A DNA stretch of 64,000 bases, from assembly GCA_964016885.1 (NCBI GenBank), contig OZ024742.1, forward strand, positions 55,924,001-55,988,000. Reading direction: 5' to 3'. Made by a program: the position numbers and the translations under genes. Below the pieces are notes generated by a model. The model was not told the origin of the DNA and did not search any database. It saw nothing but the letters and a program-made list of their open reading frames with translations. Below, one piece after another: positions 24,657 through 40,259 of this stretch (the first letter of the stretch is position 1; each line of letters starts with the position of its first letter). The stretch is from Eledone cirrhosa. Lineage: Eukaryota.

Positions 24657-25823
24657 TACTCTCGTTATGTAGACGATATCAATATAGTTATAAGAACACC
24701 CCCACTAGAGAGCACTAACAAGTTTGATTTAGAACGTAGCACGAAGGAAAGCATCCAGCAGATAGCTAATTCCATACACCAGAGTATAACTGTAACTATA
24801 GACTTCCCTTCCAAACACCCTAACAATAGACTACCTGTATTAGACACAGAACTCTGGATTAACACTATAGACGAGAGAGCCCAAATTCTCCACTCACACT
24901 ATGCTAAACCCATGGCCTCCAAATACCTGATACTCAAAAACTCAGCAATGTCCAGTAGTGCTAAGTTTAATATTCTGATCGCAGATTTGGTACGAGTGAT
25001 GAAGAATGTGTCCAGCATGTGCGACCCAACAGAAATGGAAGGACACATCCAACACTTCATCAACCGCATGCAGTTCTCTGGCTACAACCAAAGAGACAGA
25101 GTCAGAGTATACGAAGGAGCCATGGAAAAGTATAAGACCCTCATAGAACTGGACATGAAAGGAATTTGCCCACTATACAGGAGCAAATCATGGAATAGCT
25201 TAGATAGGGCTAGACATAAGATAGGGAAGGCCACATCATGGTTCGACAACCAGAGATATCAGAGTGTCATGTTTGTGGACGCCACCCCTGGAGGGAAATT
25301 AGCTAACCAGTGTAGAAAGGCCCTGAGAAAGACCCACTTAAAAATAAAGGTGGTAGAAAAGCCAGGAACCACCATAAAATCCCTGATCAGCAAAACCTAC
25401 CCTTTTAAGAAAACCCACTGTACCAATAGGAAATGTATCATATGTAAGGTGAACCCCCGGATAAACTGTAAAACTAGAAACGTAGTCTATAGCATAAGAT
25501 GTACAGAGGGTACTTGCAGAAACACGACAACAACATACATAGGTGAGACAGCTCGTAGCATAGGTGAAAGGATAGACCAACACTGGGGGGAACTAAAAGG
25601 ACGAAAAAACGGGTCAGTACTATACGAACATGCTAGACAACAACATGACGGTAACATAGACAACATAGAAATTAGAATAATATCTAAACATAGGAATGAC
25701 CCAGCAGATAGGCAAATCAGAGAGGCCAGTGAAATAGAAATTAGAAGACCAAAGCTAAACAGAAAGAATGAGTGGAACAACAACAACACCCAAACAAACA
25801 ACACTGACCTAAGAGAAGTATAA
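24657..25823 (+). CDS. PLE RT C-terminal half plus GIY-YIG endonuclease (open frame, 5'-truncated)
   Basis: SRYVDDI, LPVLD, CTNRKCIIC, NVVYSIRC..YIGETARSIGERIDQH, REA..I..PKLN. Confidence 0.88.
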   Translation, partial: YSRYVDDINIVIRTPPLESTNKFDLERSTKESIQQIANSIHQSITVTIDFPSKHPNNRLPVLDTELWINTIDERAQILHSHYAKPMASKYLILKNSAMSSSAKFNILIADLVRVMKNVSSMCDPTEMEGHIQHFINRMQFSGYNQRDRVRVYEGAMEKYKTLIELDMKGICPLYRSKSWNSLDRARHKIGKATSWFDNQRYQSVMFVDATPGGKLANQCRKALRKTHLKIKVVEKPGTTIKSLISKTYPFKKTHCTNRKCIICKVNPRINCKTRNVVYSIRCTEGTCRNTTTTYIGETARSIGERIDQHWGELKGRKNGSVLYEHARQQHDGNIDNIEIRIISKHRNDPADRQIREASEIEIRRPKLNRKNEWNNNNTQTNNTDLREV

Positions 25824-26088
25824 ATAAATAAGTAAATTAAATTAAATAAATAAAATAAGATAAATAAATACATACACAAGCACATAAACACACACTAGTC
25901 ACCCAGCAGACACAACACTATACACACTAGTCACACATCACACATAACACTATACACACACGCAAACGCATGCGCAAAGAAGACAAAATAAAATAAGATA
26001 AACAAACAAGCAAATAAATAAATAAATATATAGACAGACTGAACAAAAAAAATGGCGTAGACATACAACACAACAGGAGGAACAATGA

Positions 26089-26145
26089 ATATAACACCAC
26101 TGACGATGTTGCAGATGTGCAACGAAAGATTTATGTAAATTATGT
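26089..26145 (+). ncRNA. Hammerhead motif in the 3' pLTR (weak stem I)
   Basis: CTGACGA-T-GTTGCA GATG TGCAAC-GAAA-GATT-TA. Confidence 0.6.
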
Positions 26146-26353
26146 AAACTATATATATATGTGTTTGTCTATATTGTATCTGTATTATTTTTGACCGCCG
26201 GTCAGTCAATGGCAACATTGAGGACCGAGTAAGTTAGATCGCAGATATATATATATAAAAGACAGCGAGAAGCGAAAACCAACCAAACAGTGAGTGTGTT
26301 CTGTTATTAATTCTGGCAATATTACGCAAATATGACCCTCCCCAAATATAACA

Positions 26354-26384
<31 letters not shown>

Positions 26385-26478
26385 TAACAGATTAAAGTTT
26401 AAGCAAAGAATCGGTGCTTTCACCCTTAACGGTATCTTCTGAAACTAAAAAGATCAATACTTTGAAAAGCGTTACACA

Positions 26479-26916
<438 letters not shown>

Positions 26917-26980
26917 CTTTATACTTTCACTCGTGTAGGACACCTCGGTTATTTTTCATTTTGTAAAAAAAACCTCACTT

Positions 26981-27058
<78 letters not shown>

Positions 27059-27386
27059 TATATATAGATATATACACACAGATATCGACGTCATAATGCC
27101 GTAATGCAGACAGCTAGACATAGAGACAGATAGTATAAGGTTGCAACGTTATATCTATGTATCTATCTAAAAAGAAAGACTAAGAATTATAGAGAGAGAT
27201 CGCTAAATCGCCTAATGCATTGAAAATTTGAAATTTGTTTTTGCTGAAAACACTCACAGGACCATAAGTATTACATGTGTAAGGTTTGAAAAAAGTCAGT
27301 TGGGTGGTTCTCGAGTTTTAGGGAGTCAGACAGACAGACATTCTATGTTTTAGATATATAGATATATACAAACATTTATATATATA

Positions 27387-28232
27387 CTAGCAGAATGTCC
27401 CGGCGTTGGTCGGAATTTGCTCTAGGGTTCTTATATATTTGATATATATTTATCCTTATCGAACCTCGTGAAATAAATACGTTTGTTTATATTTTGTTAT
27501 TGTGTATGCAAAAATATCTGTCCATGAATATATAATTATATATATTTATATATATTAAAATAACAGATTAAAACTTAAGGAAAGAATCACTGCTTTCACA
27601 CTTAACGGGATCTTCTCAAACTAAAAAATCAATCTGTGAACGCAGAAAATGAATCGCTGCTTTCACCCTTAACGGGATCTTCTACCTAAAAGCAGTATGA
27701 AGTACACTAAGACTAACAGATGTAATCTTTGGCCTTGTTTGTTTCTATTTTGTTTTTGTGTATGCAAAAATATCTGTACACGAATATTTATATTAAAATA
27801 ACATTAATGTTTAAGCAAAGAATCGCTGCTTTCAACCTTAACGGGATCTTCTTAAATTAAAAAAAATCAATCTGGAAAACAGCAAGACGATACTTTGGTT
27901 CGTGAAGACGTTCCCTGGCATAAGAATATATATACACACACACACACTGATCGCGTCGTAATAACGCATTGCAGACAGTCAGGCACACAGACAGATATAA
28001 TGAAGGCGCGACGTCATATCTATGTATCTATCTAAAAAGAGAAAGAGAAAGAAATCGCTAAATCGCCTAATGCCGTCCCTCGGGCTTTGAAAATTTGAAA
28101 TGTTTTGTGCTCGAAACACTTCCGGGGCCATAGGGGTTACCTGTGTAAAGTTTGAAAAAAGACGGTTGAGTACTTCTCGAGTTTTAGGGAAACAGACACA
28201 CAGACAGACATCCTCTCTTTTATATATATAGA
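27387..28232 (-). mobile_element. Non-autonomous Helitron-like element 2
   Basis: 5' TCTATATATATAAAAGAG..TGTCTGTCTG; 3' CCGACCAACGCCGGG..CTAG. Confidence 0.7.
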
Positions 28233-29225
28233 CTAGCAGAAGACCACCCGGTGGGCGGTTTTCTGCTAGCAAATCTAGTGTATATACTGATATTGTTGAG
28301 ATTTGGATGAGAAATGTTTTCGGCACCACATGTTCACCGTCTCTCGGTGTGTCATTTATGCATGTATAAATATATATGCTATCTATACGGTGAAATCTTT
28401 GAAATAAATATATATTAAAACGAAAAAGGAGAAAATAAATAACTGGCGGTTAGAAAAAAATATTCCCATGAAATTTTAATCATACCATTAGGTGTGAATA
28501 AGGAAATATTTTTTTATTGTCAAAACAAATGTTCAAAAGTTAAACTTCAAATTTTTGAATTATTTCCAATTTTTTCATGAAATTGAACACTGGACATTGG
28601 CTGCTGGAAATGGAAATTAAATCGTATTTAATTGTATTTAAATTTCTAACCTTATTTTATTATTCATATTTTTTCAATAAGAAATTTAAAAAAAAAAAAA
28701 AAAAATTAACGAAAAAATTGAACAAATCAAACGTAGGTTATGGAACTGCACAATCTGATTAATAAATTACCTCATCAGCATCAACCTTCTTCAAATGGTC
28801 CTTATTATCAGCAGCAACAACCACAAATTCAATGGCAACCTTCTTCAAATGGTCCTTATTATCAGCAGCAACAACCACAAATTCAATGGCAACCTTCTTC
28901 AAACCACAAATTCAATGGCAACCTTCTTCGCATGCTGTCAAGTCAGAACCGCCTTCAACTGGTTACTTCTGGCTTGTGCAAGGTGTCTCTATAGCAACCA
29001 GCGATTCCCTCGGCCTCAGTGACCAAAGTCAGTGGAGAGTGGAAGAGAATGATTCTGTAGCACGTGCTTTAGCATCTATTCACTCTCTCTCTCTTTCCCT
29101 CTCTCCCTCCCGCTATCCCCCTCTCGTAGTCTGTCTCTTTCTTTCACTCTCACTCTCTTTCTACGCAGGTGTTTCCACCGTCGGACAGACAGACAGAGAT
29201 TTTGCTGGTTATATATATAAGTAGA
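28233..29225 (-). mobile_element. Non-autonomous Helitron-like element 3, head-to-tail with element 2
   Basis: 5' A^TCTACTTATATATATAACC..TCTGTCTGTCTG; 3' GC-rich hairpin plus CTAG. Confidence 0.55.
28783..28930 (+). repeat. 54-bp minisatellite (~2.5 copies)
   Basis: AACCTTCTTCAAATGGTCCTTATTATCAGCAGCAACAACCACAAATTCAATGGC repeated. Confidence 0.9.
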
Positions 29226-29503
29226 TATACATGCACACACATATATATGGACCTTCCAGTTTCATTTCACATTATATACGTCTGTATATTTAAATTATTA
29301 AAAAACTGTTTCTAAGTAAAAATGATTTAAAAAAAATATTTTGAAATGAATTTGACCCAACGGGGCACGAGTAGTCTAATGTATGCATGTGTGTATATAT
29401 ATATATATGTGTGTGTGTTTGTATGTGTGTATATATATATATGTGTGTGTGTCTGATGTGTGTGTGTGTGTGTGTGTGTATATGTATATGTATATATATA
29501 TAC

Positions 29504-29536
<33 letters not shown>

Positions 29537-29564
29537 TATAATATATATATATATATATTATATA

Positions 29565-31680
29565 TCATCATCATCATCATCATCACCGTTTTACGTCCGT
29601 TCTTCCACGCTAGCATGGGTTAGACGGGTTGTCCTGTTGTGGGCAGTGTCTGGTCGGCTGACCATGCTATGCTCATACAGGAACTGATTTGGCTTGATTT
29701 CTACAGCTGGATGCCCTTCCTAACACCAACCTCATCTACAGTGAGTGCTGGGTGTTTTTTCGTGGCGCCTACACGTCCACTTTACAGTGTGGGCTGGGTG
29801 CTTTTTTGCCGTGGCACCTCCACGACCACCTTGCGGTGGGGGTGTGGGGGCATATTGTCTATATGCTTCAGCTTGTACCCATGGGAGGTCGGGTACTCTG
29901 TATTACTGCGTGACGCCAGAGGTAACGGTCGTGTGTAATTGGGTAAGGTCGGCTTTTATCACCTCATCCCAGGTCATATTGGGTCTCCCCACTCCTCGGT
30001 TTCCATCGACTTCTAGTGCTCTGCACCATTTTATGCAGCTGTCATCCTTCATACGCATCACATGTCCATACCAGCGCAACCGCCCCTCCTGCACACAGCA
30101 TTTGATTCCACTTATGCTCAGTCTCTCTATCAATTTATTTATGCTTTGTCGTTCGTGTATATTACTGTTACACATCCATCGGAGCATGCACGCTTCGTTT
30201 CTCTCTAATCTACGTAGGTATTCCACCTTCAGCGCCCAGGTCTCACTACCATGCAACATCGCTGTTCGGATACACGCATCATACAGTCTGCCTTTCATTT
30301 TGAGGGAGAAGCCTTTTGCACCTAGCAGTGGTAGTAGTTCCCTAAACTTCTTCCATCCCGTTCTTACCCTAGTTATTGTACTTTCTGAACACCCACTTCC
30401 GCTGCTAATTTGGTCACCTAGGTAGCAGAAGCTGTCTACTGTTTCTACAGAGCCCTCCCAGAGATTGGTGGTACTCGTTTCCTGTGGCTGTTTGCTGCTT
30501 GCTGTCCCAGCACAGCTGCTGCATGTGAAGCCTACATTCTTAATTAAGCTTCCTGAGATCCCGCTACATCTCTTGTGTACCCATTGTTTGCATTTGGGGA
30601 AGAGAATGGAGTTCCTACCTACACCTTTCCTACATACTGAGCAAGGCCATTTCCCTGAGGGGATCTGGGTTCTGTTTTCTCGTCTACTTACAAGGACCTT
30701 AGTCTTTGTCATGTTGACTTTGAGACCCTTTCTTTCTAGTCCCTGCTTCCAAGTTTGGAATTTCTTCTCTAGTTCTACCATAGATTCAGCTATAAGTGCG
30801 AGGTCATCAGCATACAGGAGTTCCCATGGGCATCCGGTCTTAAACTCCTCCGTTATTGCCTGCAGGACTATGATGAACAGGAGGGGCTAAGAACAGAGCC
30901 GTGGTGGACCCTAATCTGTACGCCAAATTCCTCGCTATACTCATTGCTAATCCTAACTTTGCTGACTGCTCCCCTATACATGGCTTGTACCACTTTCACA
31001 AGCCATTCATCTACTCCTAGTTTTCTAAGAGCCCACCAGATTATAGCACGTGGAACTCTGTCAAAGGCTTTCTCAAGGTCGACAAATGCCAGGTAGAGTG
31101 GCTTACTTTTAGCTAGGTACTTTTCCAGTAACTGCCTCACAAGGAAGAGGGCATCAGTGGTGCCTCTTCCTGGTACAAACCCAAATTGCATCTCGTCTAG
31201 TTTCACCCGGTTCCTAATCAACTGTGCTATAACTCTTTCTGTTACTTTCATGACCTGGTCCATCAGCTTTATACCTCTATAGTTTCCTCTATATAGTGCA
31301 TAACATTTACCTTTGTAGCAGTTGACAATGATGCTACTGCACCAATCCTTTGGTATGACACCTAGTATTGCCTGGTTAAAAATACGTGTGGTTATAGTGT
31401 GACCTACAGACCCAGATGCCTTCAGCATCTCGGGAGCTATACCCGATGGACCGGTTGCCTTCCCAATCTTCATATCTTTGATTGCCTTACTTACTACGCT
31501 GCTGCTGACTTGTACTGCTGGCCCCTCTATAGGGTCTACTTGGGGTAGGGTCTCTTCTTCCCATGCATTCTCCTCATTTAGTAATCTATCATAATGACTC
31601 TTCCATGCATCTTTCTTCTCAGCACTTGTGAGGGAAAGTTCACCTTTATCATTCCGGATACACTTCTCTCCAATGACATC
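29565..31680 (-). mobile_element. 5'-truncated RTE-clade LINE; RT ORF with one frameshift near 30880 and an (ATG)n tail
   Basis: GKATGPSGI, NYRGIKL, QFGFVPGRGTTDA, AFVDLEKAFDRVPR, HHGSVLSP, LLYADDL, FCYLG, RLRWYGHV; (CAT)n at 29565-29585. Confidence 0.92.
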
Positions 31681-31732
31681 ACATTAATTTTTTTTGTGTG
31701 TTGCGTATATGTATGTATATGTGTGTATGTAT

Positions 31733-31844
<112 letters not shown>

Positions 31845-32027
31845 GTATATATATATATGTGTATGTATATATGTGTGTGTATATGTATATGTGTATGTAT
31901 ATATGTGTGTGTATGTATGTTTGTATCTATCTGTATGTATGTGTATATGTATATATAATCGTATATTATATATTTCTGTTGTATTTGTGCGTGTGTGTGT
32001 ATATATATATATATGTATATGTGTATA

Positions 32028-32084
<57 letters not shown>

Positions 32085-32461
32085 ATGTATATATGTGTAT
32101 GCGTGTATGTGTGTATATATAGATTTAATTTGTGTGTATGGGCGTGTGTATATTTGTGCGTGTATATGTATTTTTTTATATAATGGTTTTGTGTGTATAT
32201 ATATAATAGCATCAGAAACGGCTTGAGCTCTGCCGTGGGGTCAGACTTTTTCCTATGCGTGTGTATATATATATATATATATAGATATAGATATAGATAG
32301 GTAAATATACACGGGTGTGTATGATTGTGTATAGAAGATTATATTAATAAGAGGAATTCCAACTTTGTCTGATTTACTCGTTTTATTTACAATCCTTTAA
32401 AATATATATAATGGTATTATAATGAAATAGTATGATAGAATATTAAATTCTAAGTGTTAAT

Positions 32462-32500
32462 TGAACAAGTACTTTCATGCTTTCGCAATCTTCAGGTTCA
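32462..32500 (-). ncRNA. Minimal type I hammerhead
   Basis: TGAAC-CTGAAGA-TTGC GAAA GCAT-GAAA-GTAC-TT-GTTCA. Confidence 0.82.
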
Positions 32501-32865
32501 TGATATGTGGTGACAGTCGAGTTTGCAATTTTCAACTGTAATGAGATGGGTAAATTTACTACCTTTTATACATTTTATACAGAGAAAAGTGGCTCCAGAA
32601 TGCAAAGCCCTGTAAACTGTATTTCGACCAACCAGTGTGTAGTTTCACTGAATTACTACAGCTGATTGGTTTAAGCGTTGAGCATGCTAACGACCAATAG
32701 TCATATCCAACGTATCAATTGTTTTGCTTTTTTGAAATGATGAAAATAGCATTTTCTATTAATCATCACCATCAACATCACTTTTATTATTATTATTATT
32801 GTTGTTGTTGTTGTTGTTAGTGGTCGTGGTCATAGTGGTAGTAGAAGTAATACCCCTAGGCGTTA

Positions 32866-34256
32866 TTATTGTTCATTTAGCTTGGGTTTGAATTTATCAA
32901 TAAAATTCTTTTCTTTGATTTTTCTCTTGATTTCACTTGGGCTGTGTAATTTGTAGAATGGGAATATTATAAATATTCCCTGACCACATGTTGCCAGGTG
33001 GCCGCTTAGGGATATCTGACGGACATTTGGGTCTCTGATTTGTTGACGGTGTACCCGTGCACGTTCGGATAGTGCATTTCCAGTTTGACCGACATATAGT
33101 TCTTCACAATTCGGGCATTTAATGCAGTAAATTAGATTTCTGCTTTTGCAGTTCATATTTGCATTTGGGAATATTTTGCTAGTTTTTGTTTTCATATATT
33201 GACCGGCGTGTATGGATTGACATGTGCCGCATCGATTATCATTGCATTTAGATACAGTGAATGATTGGTCTTTGTTGTTAAGGTCAAACTTTGCTTTTGT
33301 TAGTAATTGCTTTAAATTTTTTGGCTGTCTTTTACTAAGAGTCAAAGATCGATCTGTGATTAAGCCTTTTAATTCATTACTTTGAGCAATGATCGGTAGG
33401 TTTGCTTTGGCAGTGTTGAAGATATTCTGGTGACATGGGTTGCGTGTCATTATAAATGGTATGACCAGTTCTTGGTTTCTTCTTCCTTGGGTTGTTCTAA
33501 GTTGTTGTATAGGTATTTTTATAGCCCGCTGTATGCCATTTTCTATAAGTAGAGATGGGTATTTTTGTTTGAGCAAAAATTCTCTTAGTTCTGTTAGGCG
33601 TTTGTACCTGGTATTCGTATCTTCTACAATGGTACAAATTCTTCTGGCTAGGCAGTATGGGATGTTACGTTTTGTATGAGGTGGATGGCACGACTTAAAA
33701 TTCAGATATTGATGGGTGTCTGTGTGTTTATAATATATATCCGTGGTAATGGTGGTATCGTTTTTGATTATCATTATATCTAGGAATGGTAATTTGGTCC
33801 TACTCATCTCTTTTGTGAATTGGAGAGATGGGTGTAGGTTATTCAGGAGGATATTGAACTCATCCAGAGTATCTAGAGATTCTGTCCAGATGATGAAACA
33901 GTCGTCAAGGTATCTCTTCCAAGATTTTTCAATGTACTTTCTAAAGTCAGTACTATATTTTTCCTCTATTTCTTGGTAGAGTTGTTGTTCTAAGTATCCC
34001 AATACAGAGTTCGCGTAAACGGGAGCAAACTTCGTTCCCATCGCTGTGCCTCTAATTTGGATGTAATTATTTCCATTGAAGAAGAAAGTGTTGTTTTCCA
34101 GAATAAGTTTAACTGCGTCTAATATAAATTGCGCTGTGAATCTAATGGGAATCACTTCTCTATGTTTTTCCACCCAGTATTTAACCGCCTTTATTCGTAA
34201 ATCATGTGTAATGTTGGAGTAAAGGCTTACCACATCAAAACTGAGTAGAAGTGAAT
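32866..34256 (-). CDS. PLE RT plus GIY-YIG, open frame, 5'-truncated
   Basis: SFDVVSLYSNI, GTAMGTKFAP, KRYLDDCF, LPFLD, CNDNRCGTC, LIYCIKC..YVGQT..ER..H, PKLN. Confidence 0.92.
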
Positions 34257-34263
34257 TCGATCT

Positions 34264-34743
34264 TTGACTCTTAGTAAAAGACAGCCAAAAAATTTGAAGC
34301 AATTACTAACAAAAGCAAAGTTTGACCTTAACAACAAAGACCAATCATTCACTGTATCTAAATGCAATGATAATCGATGCGGCACATGTCAATCCATACA
34401 CGCCGGTCAATATATGAAAACAAAAACTGGCAAAATATTCCCAAATGCAAATATGAACTGCAAAAGCAGAAATCTAATTTACTGCATTAAATGCCCGAAT
34501 TGTGAAGAACTATATGTCGGTCAAACTGGAAATGCACTATCCGAACGTGCACGGGTACACCGTCAACAAATCAGAGACCCAAATGTCCGTCAGATACCCC
34601 TAAGCGGCCACCTGGCAACATGTAGTCAGGGAATATTTATAATATTCCCATTCTACAAATTACACAGCACAAGTGAAATCAAGAGAAAAATCAAAGAAAA
34701 GAATTTTATTGATAAATTCAAACCCAAGCTAAATGAAAAATAA
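34264..34743 (+). pseudogene. Inverted duplicate of the GIY-YIG endonuclease domain
   Basis: Near-identical to the C-terminus of 32866-34256 with ~5 aa differences. Confidence 0.9.
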
Positions 34744-35118
34744 TAACGCCTAGGGGTATTACTTCTACTACCACTATGACCACGACCACTAACAACAACA
34801 ACAACAACAATAATAATAATAATAAAAGTGATGTTGATGGTGATGATTAATAGAAAATGCTATTTTCATCATTTCAAAAAAGCAAAACAATTGATACGTT
34901 GGATATGACTATTGGTCGTTAGCATGCTCAACCAGCCGTGACGCTTAAACCAATCAGCTGTAGTAATTCAGTGAAACTACACACTGATTGGTCGAAATAC
35001 AGTTTACAGGGCTTTGCATTCTGGAGCCACTTTTCTCTGTATAAAATGTATAAAAGGTAGTAAATTTACCCATCTCATTACAGTTGAAAATTGCAAACTC
35101 GACTGTCACCACATATCA

Positions 35119-35157
35119 TGAACCTGAAGATTGCGAAAGCATGAAAGTACTTGTTCA
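35119..35157 (+). ncRNA. Minimal type I hammerhead (inverted copy)
   Basis: Same motif as 32462-32500. Confidence 0.82.
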
Positions 35158-35271
35158 ATTAACACTTAGAATTTAATATTCTATTATACTATTTCATTAT
35201 AATACCATTATATATATTTTAAAGGATTGTAAATAAAACGAGTAAATCAGACAAAGTTGGAATTCCTCTTA

Positions 35272-35335
<64 letters not shown>

Positions 35336-35406
35336 CGTAATTGTATGTGTGTGTGTATTTCTCTGGTTGTGTTTTGTGTGTGTGTGTATGTATATATATG
35401 TATATA

Positions 35407-35449
<43 letters not shown>

Positions 35450-35622
35450 TGTGGGTGTATGTAAATGCATAATTATATATAGTGATTTAATGCTCATTTT
35501 CATTGATCTTTTGCTCCAGGAACTTGTTGAGTGCTCTAAATCTGCTATAAACATTTATACCCTTTTCTAAATATATATTTTTTTTTATTTATTATTTATC
35601 GTATTCACAACTTTTTAATTTC

Positions 35623-35880
35623 ATTTTTATTTTTATTTTTATTTTTATTTTTATTTTTATTTTTATTTTTATTTTTATTTTTAGTTTTAGTTTTAGTTTT
35701 AGTTTTAGTTTTATTTTTATTTTTATTTTTATTTTTATTTTTATTTTTATTTTTATTTTTATTTTTGTTTTTATTTTTATTTTTATTTTTATTTTTATTT
35801 TTATTTTTATTTTTATTTTTATTTTTATTTTTATTTTTATTTTTATTTTTATTTTTATTTTTATTTTTATTTTTATTTTT
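35623..35880 (+). repeat. (TTTTTA)n hexamer microsatellite with a (GTTTTA)n insert
   Basis: Direct reading. Confidence 0.95.
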
Positions 35881-36045
35881 ATATATATACAATATTTAGG
35901 TTTTTTTATATATATAATGTTTGTTCTTTCTCATATATATATATATAGTTATATGTGTATGTATGTATGTAGGTATGCATACGTATGTGTATGTATATAT
36001 GTGAGTGTAAGTACATATGTATTTGTGTGTACGTATGTATGTGTA

Positions 36046-36123
<78 letters not shown>

Positions 36124-36154
36124 AAAGAATGGAGGTGTAACACACAAGTTATTA

Positions 36155-37890
<1,736 letters not shown>

Positions 37891-38326
37891 TATATATATA
37901 TATATTGGAGTTAAATAAGGTTCATATGAATTATCTAAGAATGAGTTTTACACACATATATATATGTGTGTTTGTATTTGTATGTATGTGTTTGTGATAT
38001 GTATGTATATGTATGTGTATGTGTGTATGTATGTGTATATATGTATATATCATTTATTTGTTGCCTGTATCGCTGTCAACACTATAATAATTTTTATATT
38101 CATTTTTATTATTTCTTTATTATTATATTTTTTTCTTATATTTATTTGTGTGTGTGAGTATGTAGGTGTGTGTATATATTTTTATATTTGTGCATGCGTA
38201 TGTATACGTGTATATATGTGTGTATGTATGTGTATGTATGTACGTGTGTATATACGTATGATTGTGTGTATGTATGTATGTATGTATGTTTGTGTATGTA
38301 TATATGTATGTATATGTATGTGTATG

Positions 38327-38357
<31 letters not shown>

Positions 38358-38604
38358 ATATATATGTATCTGTGTGTATGTATGTATATGTATGTTTATT
38401 TATATATATATATATATATGCATTTATATGTGTGTGTGTGTATGCACGTTTGTGTATTTGTATGTATGTGTATGTATGGATATGTTGATATTTATGTGTG
38501 TATGTATGTGTATATGTATGTGTATGGATATATATATGTGTGTGTGTGTGTATATGTGTGTGTGTATGTATGTGTGTATGTATATATATATGTGTATGTA
38601 TGTA

Positions 38605-38663
<59 letters not shown>

Positions 38664-38919
38664 ATGTGTGTTTTTATTTTTCCTTTCCTCCTTCCTTTTC
38701 CAGCCTCACTTTCATATAGATTATATTTTTGTTTTTAAAATCCGACGCCAATAAATACACCAGGATTTTTTCATTCTGATGATTGAAAGCAACATTTTTT
38801 TGCTTTTAAGAAACCACTGGTAAATGAAATAATTGCCTTGTGTTGTTTATTACATAACTATTAAGCTCTGTTACCTACATAGAGCACTCTTTTTTCCTGG
38901 ACTTTTCCGACGGAATTAC

Positions 38920-38959
<40 letters not shown>

Positions 38960-38964
<5 letters not shown>

Positions 38965-39303
38965 GGGTGTGTATGATTGTCTATAGAAAATTATATTAAT
39001 AAAAGAATTCCAACTTTGTCTGATTTACTCGTTTTATTTACAATCCTTTAAAATTTATAATGGTATTAGAATGAAATAGTATGGTAGAATATTAAATGTT
39101 AAGTGTTAATTGAACAAGTACTTTCAACAAACTTGACTGTCACCACAGAATATGAACCTGAAGATTGCGAAAGCATGAAAGTACGTGTTCAATTAACACT
39201 TAACATTTAATATTCTACCATACTATTTCATTCTAATACCATTATAAATGTTAAAGGCTTGTAAATAAATCGAGTAAATCAGACAAAGTTGGAATTCCTT
39301 TTA
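38960..39303. repeat. Solo inverted pLTR pair of the 32-35 kb family; hammerhead at 39153-39191 with mutated cleavage site
   Basis: Matches 32309-32477 and 35095-35270; GAAA-GTAC-GT replaces GTAC-TT. Confidence 0.85.
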
Positions 39304-39969
39304 TAAATATATCTGTTAGACACGAAGTGTCTAACAACAGAATGTTTTAGTCACTTTAGTGTTCTAGCATATATGTGTAGATCGTCAATTTTTTTTCAAG
39401 GTCTAGCCGTGGCCGTGGTGATTACATGCCATTGGCTAATTTTCAACCAATCAGAGTAAGTGTTGCTCAAAAGCATCCGCCATGTTTTTTTGTTTGTTTT
39501 CCTAGTTCATTTATTTTTGTTAGTTCGTCGTTAAAAGTCTGTTTTTTTCTTTCTTAAATTTCAGACCGATTTTGCAGCTTAAAGCTTTGACTGTAGTGTA
39601 TACGAGTTTGTTAAGAGAGTTGAGATTGTTTTCACCTGCTGCTAAAATCTCCTTCATTGTATATGTTGATATTATGAGTATTTTGTTGTTGCTCCGAAAC
39701 TTAGGTAATTTGTCTCAATCGGTGTAAACGGTTTTATTTAATTCTCTGACAATGAATTATTTAGCTCCTTCAATGACTTGTGCAATGTTTTCTAGAACTT
39801 GGTGGTCATTTATATTATCCTCAGCAGTTGGTTTCCTAAGTTGTTCTTCACAAAAATATCCTTACTGGCAAAGAGTATATATATTCGTGGACTTCTCTAG
39901 ACAATTTTGCTTAAAGAAGCTTAAAGAGGCCTGTTTACTCACAAAGTATGAATGCATATATATATATAA

Positions 39970-40087
<118 letters not shown>

Positions 40088-40259
40088 TGGATAGCCGTTG
40101 TCTCTCATGAGTTTTCCACCCTTTGACGGGTTTGTTTCTCATACTGCAGTATATCCGAAAATCACCCTCCTCATCAAGCAATTCTGGTGGGGTTGCCGGA
40201 TTAGTCACCGACGACCCGACCATATGACAGGCTTGACTGGGTTACATGTAGCTCTCAAA

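Larger units (their letters stand above)
24300..26357 (+). mobile_element. 5'-truncated PLE with inverted pLTR
   Basis: 24343-24657 is the reverse complement of 26043-26357; (TA)n on both sides. Confidence 0.88.
32309..35277 (-). mobile_element. 5'-truncated PLE (Neptune-like) with a 1-kb inverted 3' segment
   Basis: 32341-33352 is inverted at 34257-35277 with a few substitutions; (TA)n flanks. Confidence 0.92.

Noticed and set aside
28740-28994. Gln-rich 84-aa ORF
   Set aside because: It derives from a 54-bp minisatellite inside a repeat element, with no gene evidence.
29745-30425. 226-aa plus-strand ORF
   Set aside because: It is the antisense shadow of the RTE ORF.
38776-38800. CTGATGA-TT-GAAA
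   Set aside because: Stems I and III cannot be formed.
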